A stretch of DNA of 63,931 nucleotides, filler included, from Octopus bimaculoides (taxonomy: Eukaryota): NCBI RefSeq assembly GCF_001194135.2. It is 10 parts of 9 records of this genome, joined end to end, with 100 filler letters (N's around TTAATTAATTAA, not from the genome) between each part and the next. Parts side by side here need not be neighbours in the genome. Positions count along the whole stretch, not along the records: positions 50,747 to 55,986 come from NC_069009.1; positions 56,087 to 61,881 come from NC_068993.1; positions 61,982 to 63,931 come from NW_026336633.1; 7 more parts are not named here. One strand, written 5' to 3'. Position 1 is the first letter of the stretch, and every line of letters starts with the position of its first letter. The notes under the pieces are model-generated. The model was not told the origin of the DNA, made no database searches, and was given only the letters and a program-made list of their open reading frames with translations. Shown here piece by piece: positions 51,954 through 63,931 of the stretch. Position numbers and translations under genes: made by a program.

Positions 51954-53129
51954 NNNNNNNNNNNNNNNNNNNNNNNNNNNNNNNNNNNNNNNNNNNNNNN
52001 NNNNNNNNNNNNNNNNNNNNNNNNNNNNNNNNNNNNNNNNNNNNNNNNNNNNNNNNNNNNNNNNNNNNNNNNNNNNNNNNNNNNNNNNNNNNNNNNNNNN
52101 NNNNNNNNNNNNNNNNNNNNNNNNNNNNNNNNNNNNNNNNNNNNNNNNNNNNNNNNNNNNNNNNNNNNNNNNNNNNNNNNNNNNNNNNNNNNNNNNNNNN
52201 NNNNNNNNNNNNNNNNNNNNNNNNNNNNNNNNNNNNNNNNNNNNNNNNNNNNNNNNNNNNNNNNNNNNNNNNNNNNNNNNNNNNNNNNNNNNNNNNNNNN
52301 NNNNNNNNNNNNNNNNNNNNAAATTAATAAAATACATTATAATGAAATATAATATCGTTATTATCATATAAAGTATGTATGGTATAAAGCTTGCTACAGA
52401 TTACAGTCCAAATACAAAATACAATATATTTGGGGCACAGATTAGCAATAAAGCGGAAATAATAATCTTTTCTGCTATAGCTACAAGGCTCGAAGTTTTG
52501 GGAAACTGTCTAGTTGTGTACACCAACACCAATTCTCTGTAGAAATTGAACTTAGAGCATGGAGACGTACAAAATGCTGCTACACATTCTGCCCGACATG
52601 CTGTGTGTTCTGTTAGCTCATTGCCTTTAAAGCTAACATAATAGTTGGAGCTTATATATATACAATTGTCCTTCACTATCTTTCTGATCATTTGATACAT
52701 CTGAAAAATAAAGTAGTACTTCATCCAATGTCATGTCCCTGGGTACCAGGGAACAAGAAATAGATTGAGACAGAAAACAGAAAACTACTGCATACATCAA
52801 TAATTAGTTAACCAGCGTAGAAACTCTACTTTTTACTTTCGTATGGGATAAGGGCATTGGGTGAGAAAGGAAATTTTAGCTGTTCTGTTAATTGTAATAG
52901 TGTAGCAATGTATTGATTGTGGAAGAAGCAGAAGTGACAACAGTAATAATAGTAACAGTAGTGGTAATAAATCCTANNNNNNNNNNGCAGAAGTGACAAC
53001 AGTAATAATAGTAACAGTAGTGGTAATAAATCCTATTTTCAATTGGGGATTTCAAACGACATAATGTTTTAAATAATTATATTGAAAGATTGGATTGAAA
53101 ATCCCTTTACAATAGGAAAGGTTTAAGGT

Positions 53130-55982
53130 TGCCTAATATAGGAGAATCCTGCACACTCCCAGATGACTGGAGACGGACTAACCGATTACAATTAATAAGA
53201 ACTGAGCAAACTGTCAGCAGATTAGTTGACGGTGTTAGTTCNNNNNNNNNNTAATAAGAACTGAGCAAACTGTCAGCAGATTAGTTGACGGTGTTAGTTC
53301 GGCGTGTGTTGGTTTAACAGTCGATAATTGAACAGGAATCCTGAGTATCGTACCAACGTTCCAGGTGTACGGNNNNNNNNNNNNNNNNNNNNNNNNNNNN
53401 NNNNNNNNNNNNNNNNNNNNNNNNNNNNNNNNNNNNNNNNNNNNNNNNNNNNNNNNNNNNNNNNNNNNNNNNNNNNNNNNNNNNNNNNNNNNNNNNNNNN
53501 NNNNNNNNNNNNNNNNNNNNNNNNNNNNNNNNNNNNNNNNNNNNNNNNNNNNNNNNNNNNNNNNNNNNNNNNNNNNNNNNNNNNNNNNNNNNNNNNNNNN
53601 NNNNNNNNNNNNNNNNNNNNNNNNNNNNNNNNNNNNNNNNNNNNNNNNNNNNNNNNNNNNNNNNNNNNNNNNNNNNNNNNNNNNNNNNNNNNNNNNNNNN
53701 NNNNNNNNNNNNNNNNNNNNNNNNNNNNNNNNNNNNNNNNNNNNNNNNNNNNNNNNNNNNNNNNNNNNNNNNNNNNNNNNNNNNNNNNNNNNNNNNNNNN
53801 NNNNNNNNNNNNNNNNNNNNNNNNNNNNNNNNNNNNNNNNNNNNNNNNNNNNNNNNNNNNNNNNNNNNNNNNNNNNNNNNNNNNNNNNNNNNNNNNNNNN
53901 NNNNNNNNNNNNNNNNNNNNNNNNNNNNNNNNNNNNNNNNNNNNNNNNNNNNNNNNNNNNNNNNNNNNNNNNNNNNNNNNNNNNNNNNNNNNNNNNNNNN
54001 NNNNNNNNNNNNNNNNNNNNNNNNNNNNNNNNNNNNNNNNNNNNNNNNNNNNNNNNNNNNNNNNNNNNNNNNNNNNNNNNNNNNNNNNNNNNNNNNNNNN
54101 NNAATATTGAAATTACATATTACCAAAGAAACCAGGAGAACTCTGTTTTGAAGCAATGGTGAATATGCTATCATAGATTTTCAGCGAACAAAGCTCTTCA
54201 TGTAACACGCGTTGGAAATGCATGGATACTACAAAAAAATGAGGCGAAGATATTATTACATATACTGCAATCGTTAATAGGGAATTCTAGAGATTTAAAA
54301 TTAATGAACTAACACCAGATATGTTCAAATACATAATTTTCGTACAACAGCAAAGAAAGATGGGGAAATTCGTAACGAAATTCTGACTAAATTAGAGCAG
54401 AATCAGAAGGTAACACTACAAGAAATATCTGATGATTGCCAGAGAATAACAAACCTACGGNNNNNNNNNNNNNNNNNNNNNNNNNNNNNNNNNNNNNNNN
54501 NNNNNNNNNNNNNNNNNNNNNNNNNNNNNNNNNNNNNNNNNNNNNNNNNNNNNNNNNNNNNNNNNNNNNNNNNNNNNNNNNNNNNNNNNNNNNNNNNNNN
54601 NNNNNNNNNNNNNNNNNNNNNNNNNNNNNNNNNNNNNNNNNNNNNNNNNNNNNNNNNNNNNNNNNNNNNNNNNNNNNNNNNNNNNNNNNNNNNNNNNNNN
54701 NNNNNNNNNNNNNNNNNNNNNNNNNNNNNNNNNNNNNNNNNNNNNNNNNNNNNNNNNNNNNNNNNNNNNNNNNNNNNNNNNNNNNNNNNNNNNNNNNNNN
54801 NNNNNNNNNNNNNNNNNNNNNNNNNNNNNNNNNNNNNNNNNNNNNNNNNNNNNNNNNNNNNNNNNNNNNNNNNNNNNNNNNNNNNNNNNNNNNNNNNNNN
54901 NNNNNNNNNNNNNNNNNNNNNNNNNNNNNNNNNNNNNNNNNNNNNNNNNNNNNNNNNNNNNNNNNNNNNNNNNNNNNNNNNNNNNNNNNNNNNNNNNNNN
55001 NNNNNNNNNNNNNNNNNNNNNNNNNNNNNNNNNNNNNNNNNNNNNNNNNNNNNNNNNNNNNNNNNNNNNNNNNNNNNNNNNNNNNNNNNNNNNNNNNNNN
55101 NNNNNNNNNNNNNNNNNNNNNNNNNNNNNNNNNNNNNNNNNNNNNNNNNNNNNNNNNNNNNNNNNNNNNNNNNNNNNNNNNNNNNNNNNNNNNNNNNNNN
55201 NNNNNNNNNNNNNNNNNNNNNNNNNNNNNNNNNNNNNNNNNNNNNNNNNNNNNNNNNNNNNNNNNNNNNNNNNNNNNNNNNNNNNNNNNNNNNNNNNNNN
55301 NNNNNNNNNNNNNNNNNNNNNNNNNNNNNNNNNNNNNNNNNNNNNNNNNNNNNNNNNNNNNNNNNNNNNNNNNNNNNNNNNNNNNNNNNNNNNNNNNNNN
55401 NNNNNNNNNNNNNNNNNNNNNNNNNNNNNNNNNNNNNNNNNNNNNNNNNNNTCGATACATTTGAGTGGGCTTTAAAGAAAACGAACAACTAGGTAATGCT
55501 TGACCTAGCACTTCAACAGCTTTTGAGGGTATATCGAGTGACACCAAGTCCTAAACAAACAGTGGAAGCTACACGTTGAAGCAGGAAAAAAGAAAACGAA
55601 CAGACGTACTTGGAATAGACCCTACATGCAAAAAACATTTAGCCCCTGGAGAGTTATAATCTCAAAAAGGGGAAATATTTTCGGAGAATCCTGAACACCC
55701 CAATGTGACTAAAGGTGGATTCACCGATTGCAATAAATAAGAACTGAGTGAACTGTCAGCAGGCAGTGGAGGGTATCAGTCCGACTATATTGGTTACCGT
55801 GTGTCCGCTTAAGCATCGGATATTGAACAATGAAGGCTGAGTATCGTACCTAGGTTTGCGTAGTACGCATTGCTTTCTGTGTTCAGATATACTTCTGCGA
55901 TAGTTTATTTTTAGATAACCACAACCAACTATTTATTTGTGTTAGACCAATTTACACCAGACGTAATATCCTCGTCATAACA
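53130..55982 (+). mobile_element. Degraded Ty3/Gypsy LTR retrotransposon
   Basis: 5' LTR ~53130-53372+ and 3' LTR ~55676-55982 share GGAGAATCCTG, AATAAGAACTGAG and TGAGTATCGTACC; PPT AAAAAGGGGAAA at 55664-55675; gag relic 54111-54460 (NYILPKKPGELCFE...RWKC...RFKINELTPDMFK...EIRNEILTKLE...CQRI); integrase relic 55452-55560 (DTFEWALKK...LQQLLRVYRVTPSP). Confidence 0.85.
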
Positions 55983-56086
55983 TTGTNNNNNNNNNNNNNN
56001 NNNNNNNNNNNNNNNNNNNNNNNNNNNNNNTTAATTAATTAANNNNNNNNNNNNNNNNNNNNNNNNNNNNNNNNNNNNNNNNNNNN

Positions 56087-56124
<38 letters not shown>

Positions 56125-56788
56125 CTTCAATTCAGTTTCGTTGTAGCCATTTTCTAGGCAATATTTGTGTTCTCTTTTGTGTTACAAAGAAGTGTAGTAT
56201 ATGTGTTGCTGTTGTGGAGAACATACGTAAAACATAATGGAGGGAAATATAAAAAAAATGCCTCAACTGTTGTACAGTGACGAACAGTAAATAAAACTGT
56301 TGTCATGTCTTTCTACAAGAAGTTAATTCAATTGGAAAGAAAGCTTTAACGAATAAACCCTGTTGATTGGAATCAAACAAATCTTGATCGTAGCATGACA
56401 ACACGATATATACACGTCCCTATTATGATATAAAGAATACTCTTACTCTTATGTTAGTTCAGTCCTATTGTCCTACCAATTCCAAACTGGTCGATTTCCA
56501 TGAAGTCATGCGAAGAATGGCCAAACCAGAAACGTAATCTACGCTTTCGTCATTTCTTCCATTCTGAAATGTAAACTATTCTATTTTTCTTTCATTATTG
56601 AAAACTTCACTTCCAGTTATCGTCACGACATGATATAAGCATTTTTGTTCATCTGCAGTGCTTTAGGAAACCTTTCAGTCTTGATATTATAGAAAAGAGT
56701 GTTCTATTCAAATTCACTAACAAAGAAGGTGATTTATAAAATAAGTTAGAGACTACTTAGATTCTCAAACTTTCCATGAAGTGTATGA

Positions 56789-56952
56789 TTAACTAGTAAT
56801 GATCTTTTTCCAGGCTGCTATAACGTTATCTATTTTCTTTTTAGCATTATCTGTTCCTTTATGGAAGCGTTTAACTTCCGATTCAATAAAAGCGAGATGT
56901 AAATTATTCCATAATGACCAATGATGTTGAGTGATGGGTGGGGTATATTTCA
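56789..56952 (-). CDS. Candidate terminal coding exon, product unknown
   Basis: Strong acceptor CCCTATTTTCCTTTTACAG, then open frame KYTPPITQHHWSLWNNLHLAFIESEVKRFHKGTDNAKKKIDNVIAAWKKIITS* in unique sequence; family not recognised. Confidence 0.45.
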
Positions 56953-57162
56953 CTGTAAAAGGAAAATAGGGACCAATTGTTAAAATGTTGTAAAGTAATT
57001 GCAACATTGTATAATATATCACGTAAAGTCATGCGAGACAGGGGCTACTAGAAATATATAGCCCGGTCAAGTTAATAACTTTGAATTAGAACGAAAGAGT
57101 TGCGGCGTGTAGCCATATGTTGTCATGCGCTCAGCCACGTACAAAATAAACAAACACACACA

Positions 57163-57241
57163 CTAACACACACACACACTAACACACACACACACTAACA
57201 CACACACACACTAACACACACACACACTAACACACACACAC
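57163..57241. repeat. 16-bp minisatellite (CTAACACACACACACA) x5
   Basis: Directly visible periodic interruption of (CA)n by CTAA. Confidence 0.9.
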
Positions 57242-57672
57242 AAATATATATATATGCATATATATATAAGTATATTATACATACATGCATACAATACATG
57301 CATACAATACATGTATACAATATGTATGTAATATGTATAGTTTATAATATATATTATACGATATATATGTAATATGTATAGTATNNNNNNNNNNNNNNNN
57401 NNNNNNNNNNNNNNNNNNNNNNNNNNNNNNNNNNNNNNNNNNNNNNNNNNNNNNNNNNNNNNNNNNNNNNNNNNNNNNNNNNNNNNNNNNNNNNNNNNNN
57501 NNNNNNNNNNNNNNNNNNNNNNNNNNNNNNNNNNNNNNNNNNNNNNNNNNNNNNNNNNNNNNNNNNNNNNNNNNNNNNNNNNNNNNNNNNNNNNNNNNNN
57601 NNNNNNNNNNNNNNNNNNNNNNNNNNNNNNNNNNNNNNNNNNNNNNNNNNNNNNNNNNNNNNNNNNNNNNNN

Positions 57673-57832
57673 CTTTTGCCTTTCCCTTGAATAACATTGG
57701 TGGCGTGGAGAGGGGAGGCTGGTATGCATGGGCGACTGCTGGTCTTCCATAAACAACCTTGGCCGGACTTGTGCCTCGGAGGGTAACTTCGTAGGTGCAA
57801 TCTCATGATCATTCATGACCGAAGGTTGTCCC

Positions 57833-57833
<1 letters not shown>
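57673..57833. mobile_element. Dispersed repeat family C copy
   Basis: High similarity to 33290-33425 and to the reverse complement of 33478-33630. Confidence 0.8.
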
Positions 57834-57870
<37 letters not shown>

Positions 57871-58379
57871 ACACATATATATATTCATGTGTATTTTTAT
57901 TTGTCTGTGCCTTTGTGCGTGTGTGTGTGAGTTTGTATGTCTGTGTGTATGTCCGTGTGTGTATTTCTGTCTGTATTTATGTCCCTGTGTGTGTACGTGC
58001 GTGCGTATATACATATGTGTGTACATTTGTGTGTGTGTGATCATATACAAGTTTCGTAGAGCAAATACGATTAATTAAATTCAGAACATATCTACATATG
58101 TATTTTTTTTTATTACAAATTGAATCAGGGACTGTGAATTTCATGTATGATACTTAGCAGAGTTTCGTAAGTGGCCCGTATGAAATTCTCGGGCTATGAG
58201 TTACTTGTAACTTCTGCCGATTACAAGGGATAAATATATACATGTATACATACATTTGCATACATACACACATATATACATACATACATACATCCTGTAT
58301 ATTATATGCATCAAAATACATACATAAAACAAAATATACAAATTTGCATATGCTCTGACTTTATATGCTGCGCATAAAC

Positions 58380-58515
58380 ACACATACATGCAAAAATATC
58401 TTACTGATGTTGATGAAATCCCAGGGAGGGAGCCTCGGATCTAGGTTAGAAACCGACTCCTTATTGACAAGAAGCCTTCAAATAAAACTGAATAACTTAC
58501 ATACATGCATACATA
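58380..58515 (+). mobile_element. 3' UTR-only copy of the RLE LINE at 58540-58990, opposite orientation
   Basis: GGAGCCTCGGATCTAGGTTAGAAACC...CTGAATAA followed by (CATA)n mirrors 58552-58650. Confidence 0.75.
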
Positions 58516-58539
58516 CATAAACCAATATGTATATATATG

Positions 58540-58990
58540 TATGTATGTCATTATTCAGTATATTTCAAAATGTCTTGCCACTAGAGGTTTCTAACCTAGA
58601 TCCAAGGCTCCTTCATTGGAATTTCAACATCAACAGCAGGGTATTTTTGTTTGTTTGTATATATGTATGTATGTAGGTGTAGATTTGCATGTTTTAATTA
58701 TGTATTTTCATGCCTATAGTTGCATATGTAGACATGCTCATATATATTTAAATGATGAACTTCTGGAAAGTTTTACAGATTTTTACAGTTCCAGTGATTG
58801 ACTGGAACTGTAGTCTTCGAATTAGCTTTCTGGTTTTGAGAAGCCTAATTTCTCAAGATTGGTATTTAGACAGTGTGTTACATATTCCAGAGCCCCAATA
58901 ATTACAGGTATAAACTTGAACTTGTAATCTGGATAGAGTAACTGCAGATTTATCAATAGTTCAGCATAGGTATTCTCTTTTTCACTGATC
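58540..58990 (-). mobile_element. 5'-truncated RLE-type non-LTR retrotransposon flanked by (CATA)n
   Basis: KISEKENTYAELLINLQLLYPDYKFKFIPVIIGALEYV...LEKLGF, then frameshift to RKLIRRLQFQSITGTVKICKTF: the RLE C-terminal signature (EKxxxY...PVIIGALG...GTxKI); 3' UTR ends in (CATA)n, and (TATG)n lies at 59000-59130. Confidence 0.8.
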
Positions 58991-60028
58991 TTCAACTTTA
59001 TGTATGTATGTATGTATTATGTATGTTTGTATGTATGTATTTATGTATGCATGTATGTATGTATGCATGTATGCATGTATGCATGTATGTATGTATGTAT
59101 GTATGTATGTATGTATGTATTTATGTATGTATAGGTTGTGGGGGAATTTTAATTGTAGTAGACCTAGTGACCGCATGAAGGCTTACTATCATTGGATCGT
59201 TGCTTGGTTGGTTGGTCGCTTGGTTGGTTGATTGGTCGGTCGGTCGGTCGGTCGGTTGCTTAGATGGATGACTGCGTGCTTTCCGATATTATTCCCTTCT
59301 CATGACAACCAATCAATTAACATCACTTGTGTAAACGTAGCTTTGCGTTAACATTTCAATTGCATTTTCGTCTTTGTGAAACGTAAATATAATTTATCAC
59401 CTCCATCGTTAATATGATATTAGATTTTAAAAATTGGTAGCATTGAAGTAAATAGAATTAAATTCATTCATTTATACGGCTTATATGAATAAATCGATAA
59501 ACTATAGACGTGATATCCTTGATAGATTAGTCAATAAATATAATATAATTATGTCTTGCATCTATCATGGCGTTTCGAGTGTTCACTGGAGAAGTCGTCA
59601 TCTTTGTAACGTTACGGAGGAATAGGCAATCTTACAATGTTTAAGGCTGAGTCCAATTCATGTTAACTGCTATCCTGAACAGAAGTGAGAGACATGGTTG
59701 TCAGGAAACTGATATAAGGAAACCAGACAGTTTAAATGTAATGATTTTGTTTATGATTTCCTTTCTCAAATATTGTGGGTTGCAAATAATTGATCACCTT
59801 TCTTGATTTGTAGTTATTTCGTCATCAACGGACAGATGAAGTGATGCGGGTGAAGTTTGAACTCAGAACCACATTAGAACATAACTAAATGCTGAATCAC
59901 ATTTTGTCTGGCACGATAATAACGTCCTTCAAATTTTGGCGCAAGGCCAACAATAAGTGAGGCGGGGTATCTTACCGATCCTGAATCGATGAAAAGCAAA
60001 TTCGACCTCGGCGAAATTTGAATTCAGA

Positions 60029-60071
<43 letters not shown>

Positions 60072-60261
60072 TATATTATACATACATGCATACAATATGT
60101 ATGTAATATGTATAGTTTATAATATATATATATATATATATATATTATACGATATATATGTAATATGTATAGGATATAATATGATGGGTAGTAATGAGTA
60201 TATTGGCTTCGTATATTTGTATCCCTGTATCACTTAGATGGCATGTAACGCTCGCTCACTC

Positions 60262-60329
<68 letters not shown>

Positions 60330-60331
<2 letters not shown>

Positions 60332-61310
60332 GTGAAGCCATCCAGTTACCTGATAGCCAGGCATTAAAATCATTGAAAGAAAAGGAGAGTTAAAGTATCT
60401 AGGAGTATTAGAATGTGACAAAATACTAACTATAGAGATGAAAATGAAAATTGAGGAGTACATAAGAAGTGTGTGGAAACTAATGAAGTTAAATGGTCCG
60501 AATCTAGTGTAGGGTCTAAATAGTGAAGGCAGTATCATTACTTAGATACTCAGCAGCTTTTGTAGATTCGACGAAATCTGAATTAGCAAATCTAGACAGA
60601 AGAACTAAGAAGGAATTCAACAGGAATGGAGGATTCTATCCAAGAGTAGGAGCAGCAAGGTTAAACGTACCTAGAAAGGAAGTTGGAAGAAGGTTAATAT
60701 CAGTAGAAACCTGCCTAGAATTAGCTAGAGCAGATATAGACTTTTACGTAAGTAATAGTGAAGAAATTTTACTAAGTGCTGCTAGAGTTACAGCAGCACA
60801 TGAGGAAACCAAAAAGTCAAATGAAGTTAGCAACCATAAAAAAGAACAAAAGTTATCTGGCTGGCAGGAGAAGGATTTACATGGTGGATTTCCTAGGATA
60901 GTTGCAGCAAATAGTTGTACTGAGACATAATTATTGTTGCAGAAAGGAAGGCTGAAAAGGGAACAGAGTTTGTTAGTAGCAGCACAAGATCAAGCATTAA
61001 GGACCAATTGGATAAAAGCCAAAATAGACAAAAACCAAGTAGATTCTCACTGTTGGCTATGCAAATCAAAAGAGGAAAGTGTTACTCATATAGTAAGTAA
61101 ATGTAGTATGCTGGCACAGAAAGAATACAAGAAAAGACATGGCAACCTAGGGAGAGTAATCCACTGAGAGTTATGTAGAAAGTTAGGATTTAACCATACT
61201 AATAAATGGTATGAACATGAACCTGGTAAAGTACTAGAGAGTAAGAAATATAAGATGTGGGGAATTTAACATTCAGATTTGCAAAGTAATAGAAGCTAGA
61301 AGGCCTGATT

Positions 61311-61373
<63 letters not shown>

Positions 61374-61419
61374 TAGTAGTAGTAGTAGCAGTAGTAGTAG
61401 TAGTAGTAGCAGCAGCAGC

Positions 61420-61463
<44 letters not shown>

Positions 61464-61806
61464 CAGATAAAGTGAATAGAAAGTGCCAAATAATTGACTT
61501 TGCGATCCCAAATGATGAGAAAATCAATATGAGGTATAGAGAAAATAGCAAAATACCTGGACCTAACCATTGAATTATAGATACTATGGAAAGTGCGGGT
61601 ACACTGTATACCAGAGGTTATAGGTAAATTAGGAACTATCTCTGAAAAATTTGAACAAATGGATAGAGGAAATAGGCACAAAGCTCCAAAAACAGTGTTA
61701 TTAGGGACAGCTATGATACTTAGGAAACTTGACGTCTAAGGTTACTTGTTCTAGCCCGATGTTAGGAATTTTTCTTTTCCAACAGTTTAATCTGTTATGT
61801 ATTTAC

Positions 61807-61808
<2 letters not shown>
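60330..61808 (+). mobile_element. 5'-truncated R4/Dong-type LINE between two (TAA)n tracts
   Basis: KYLG...LRYSAAF...LDRRTKK...RLNVPRKEVGRRL (RT end/thumb), CCHC finger CWLCKSKEESVTHIVSKC, RLE region RPDLVVV...IIDFAIP; (AAT)n at 60262-60329 and 61808-61881; multiple frameshifts. Confidence 0.9.
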
Positions 61809-61881
<73 letters not shown>

Positions 61882-62233
61882 NNNNNNNNNNNNNNNNNNN
61901 NNNNNNNNNNNNNNNNNNNNNNNNNTTAATTAATTAANNNNNNNNNNNNNNNNNNNNNNNNNNNNNNNNNNNNNNNNNNNNTATAGTCGTATATACATAT
62001 ATTCGTATATACATATATTCGTATATACATATATATTACACATACGCATATATACAAATATACATATTTATATGTTTGTGTGTCTAGGTACACATACTAC
62101 AATACGCACAAACATATCTATCTATCTGTGTATATCTATGTAGGTATGTATATATTATACCTGTCTTTGATCTGTGTTTGCGTTCATGTTCTCCAGTAAT
62201 TTCCAACAAAAACACTTCGTAAGACCTACACTG

Positions 62234-62274
<41 letters not shown>

Positions 62275-62559
62275 CGAAACATATGGCTGTACAAACGAAT
62301 GGAAACACGAAACCCGTGCCATGGAGCTTATATATATATTTTTTTATTAACAGTTTGTAACTCCAGTTTACGAACTGCTCAAAATTCCGAGAACGCAGAA
62401 GCAAGCCTGTTAGAGTATGACGTATGAGGCATGTTTTAATGTTTGGGTAAACTGCATAATGCATCCATAAGCCATCCTCAGTAATATTCATATACACACG
62501 CACTATACATTCAGAATGAACAAGTAAGACTAGTTCCCCATCAAAAGCAGAGTAAGACA

Positions 62560-62640
62560 GGGCTACGTGGCCGCCCCCCGGCGTGGCCGCCCCCCGACGT
62601 GGCCGCCTGCGACGTGGCCTAACCCGACGTCACCACGTCC
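62560..62640 (+). repeat. GC-rich 14-15-bp tandem motif (CGTGGCCGCCCCCGA)x4, probable DNA-transposon terminus
   Basis: Starts GGGCTACGTGGCC; repeated short motifs are typical of MULE-type subterminal arrays (inference); no partner end in window. Confidence 0.55.
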
Positions 62641-62747
62641 GACTTCGACTGTGTCATTGATTATCTAATTCCCTAAGTCTGTGAGCGATTGTCTGTTGTT
62701 ACCTTCGGGAACAACCACCTTACCGACTGGGGTATGCAGACAGTAAC

Positions 62748-62778
<31 letters not shown>

Positions 62779-62779
<1 letters not shown>

Positions 62780-62975
62780 CCCTCCACAACATCGCTAGAG
62801 AACCAATGCTGGTGTGTTTACGACCCCATAACATTAGCGGTTCGGCAAAATGACCCGATAGAATAAATACTAGGCTTACAAAGAATAAGTCCTGGGGTCG
62901 ATTTGTTCGACTAAAGCCCGTGCTCCAACATGGCTGCAGTGAAATGAATGAAACAAGTAAAAGAGTGAAAGAATA
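62779..62975 (+). mobile_element. SINE family A 3' half only
   Basis: Matches 39040-39243 but lacks the tRNA-like 5' half upstream. Confidence 0.8.
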
Positions 62976-62976
62976 T

Positions 62977-63275
62977 GACAAGTAGGGTGTGATTTGAGGG
63001 AGATTTAGCTACAATTTCTACGATGCCTCAGTACCATGTAGGAGGGGTGGTCTACTTTTCTGGATCATACATACATATGAGAGTAGGGCGTGATCTAAGG
63101 GAGACTTGGCTACTGTTTCTACTGTCTTGCTACCATGTAGAGGTCTCCTTCATTGGGTCATACACATATATATATACATGCATATGACAGTAAGGTGTGA
63201 TTTGAGGGAGATTTAGCTGCTATTTCTGCCAAGTCTAGCTACTACTATGTAGACGACACCCTCTTTGGCTCAGAT
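62977..63275 (+). repeat. Three tandem ~104-bp units of a dispersed repeat (family F)
   Basis: Units begin near 62977, 63079 and 63185 with GTA(G/A)GG(T/C)GTGAT(T/C)T(G/A)AGGGAGA; single reverse copies at ~14890-14930 and ~26188-26225. Confidence 0.8.
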
Positions 63276-63289
63276 ATACATATCTTCAC

Positions 63290-63650
63290 ACCACCACCAC
63301 CAACAACAACTGACATTACTATAAGAATAACCATTTCTACTACCACCAACGCTATCACCGCCACCGTCCTACCACTTGTAAACACTGACGTTTACGACTA
63401 CTACTACAACCACCAATACAACAACTACCTCTAAGAGCACTACTGCTACCACAACCGCCATCACCACCATTACAGTTACCACTAACAGAACTACTATCAA
63501 AACAACCACCACCACTATCACGGTCACTATCATCGCCACCACTACCACCACTACAACTACCTCTAATAGCACTACCACCACCGCCACCACCACCACAACT
63601 ACAGCCTTCACTACAACAACGTCCGCCGCCGCCACCGCAGCCACCGTCAT
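63290..63650. repeat. (ACC/ACT)n low-complexity tract
   Basis: Visible degenerate trinucleotide repeat. Confidence 0.85.
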
Positions 63651-63888
63651 CTCCACCCACCCCTCCATTGCTTCCCCTGACATCTCCCCGTCCCTCTCCC
63701 TCGACTCCATTTTGCTAAACACAAAATCAGGATCATTCTCAGACTTCATGCATCGTTTCCAAAATAGCGTCAGTGGTATTTCTGACATACTTATTCTACA
63801 CACACGCACACATACATACATACATACATATGAATAGAGGTATACATACACATACATACATGATTATACAGTTATGTATACTTGAAAG

Positions 63889-63931
<43 letters not shown>

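Noticed and set aside
52401-52724. 107-aa minus-strand ORF
   Set aside because: No recognisable domain or clear splice structure, and it does not continue the aGPCR frame on the plus strand.
59636-59674. 39-nt minus-strand exon with strong splice sites as partner of the 56789 exon
   Set aside because: Stop codons in all three frames.
62354-62421. Possible 68-nt plus-strand exon
   Set aside because: Unrecognised peptide, modest donor, no supporting neighbours.
63381-63837. Mucin-like Thr-rich open frame
   Set aside because: Mostly an (ACC/ACT)n tract without start codon or splice acceptor; runs into (CATA)n.

Overview
Eukaryotic, AT-rich, repeat-dominated DNA. The SINE families, the heavy microsatellite load and the adhesion-GPCR type suggest a cephalopod (Octopus-like) genome; this is inference. 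The window is not one contiguous locus. Nine identical 100-bp spacers (44 N + TTAATTAATTAA + 44 N) split it into ten 2-12 kb segments whose adjacency cannot be trusted. Almost all long ORFs in the track are microsatellite or N-run artefacts. Recognisable host coding sequence is limited to one intact otoferlin exon (minus, 34792-34949) and two consecutive exons of an adhesion-GPCR GAIN-like region (plus, 51262-51953), plus two unassigned candidate exons. The rest is a diverse mobilome: at least four tRNA-derived or related SINE families, Penelope-like RT and GIY-YIG fragments, R4/Dong-type RLE LINEs embedded in (TAA)n or (CATA)n, an L1/Tx1 remnant, a Ty3/Gypsy provirus, a solo LTR, Tc1/mariner and MULE transposase relics, Helentron-like non-autonomous elements and several MITEs. 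The most notable signals are (i) five dispersed, sequence-unrelated hammerhead-ribozyme-like motifs, two with an intact catalytic core; (ii) two Merlin-like foldback MITEs with perfect 8-bp TSDs, one with a central head-to-head telomeric-repeat palindrome; and (iii) an RLE LINE that appears to sit specifically in (CATA)n microsatellite. No CRISPR array, rRNA gene or intact tRNA gene was seen.
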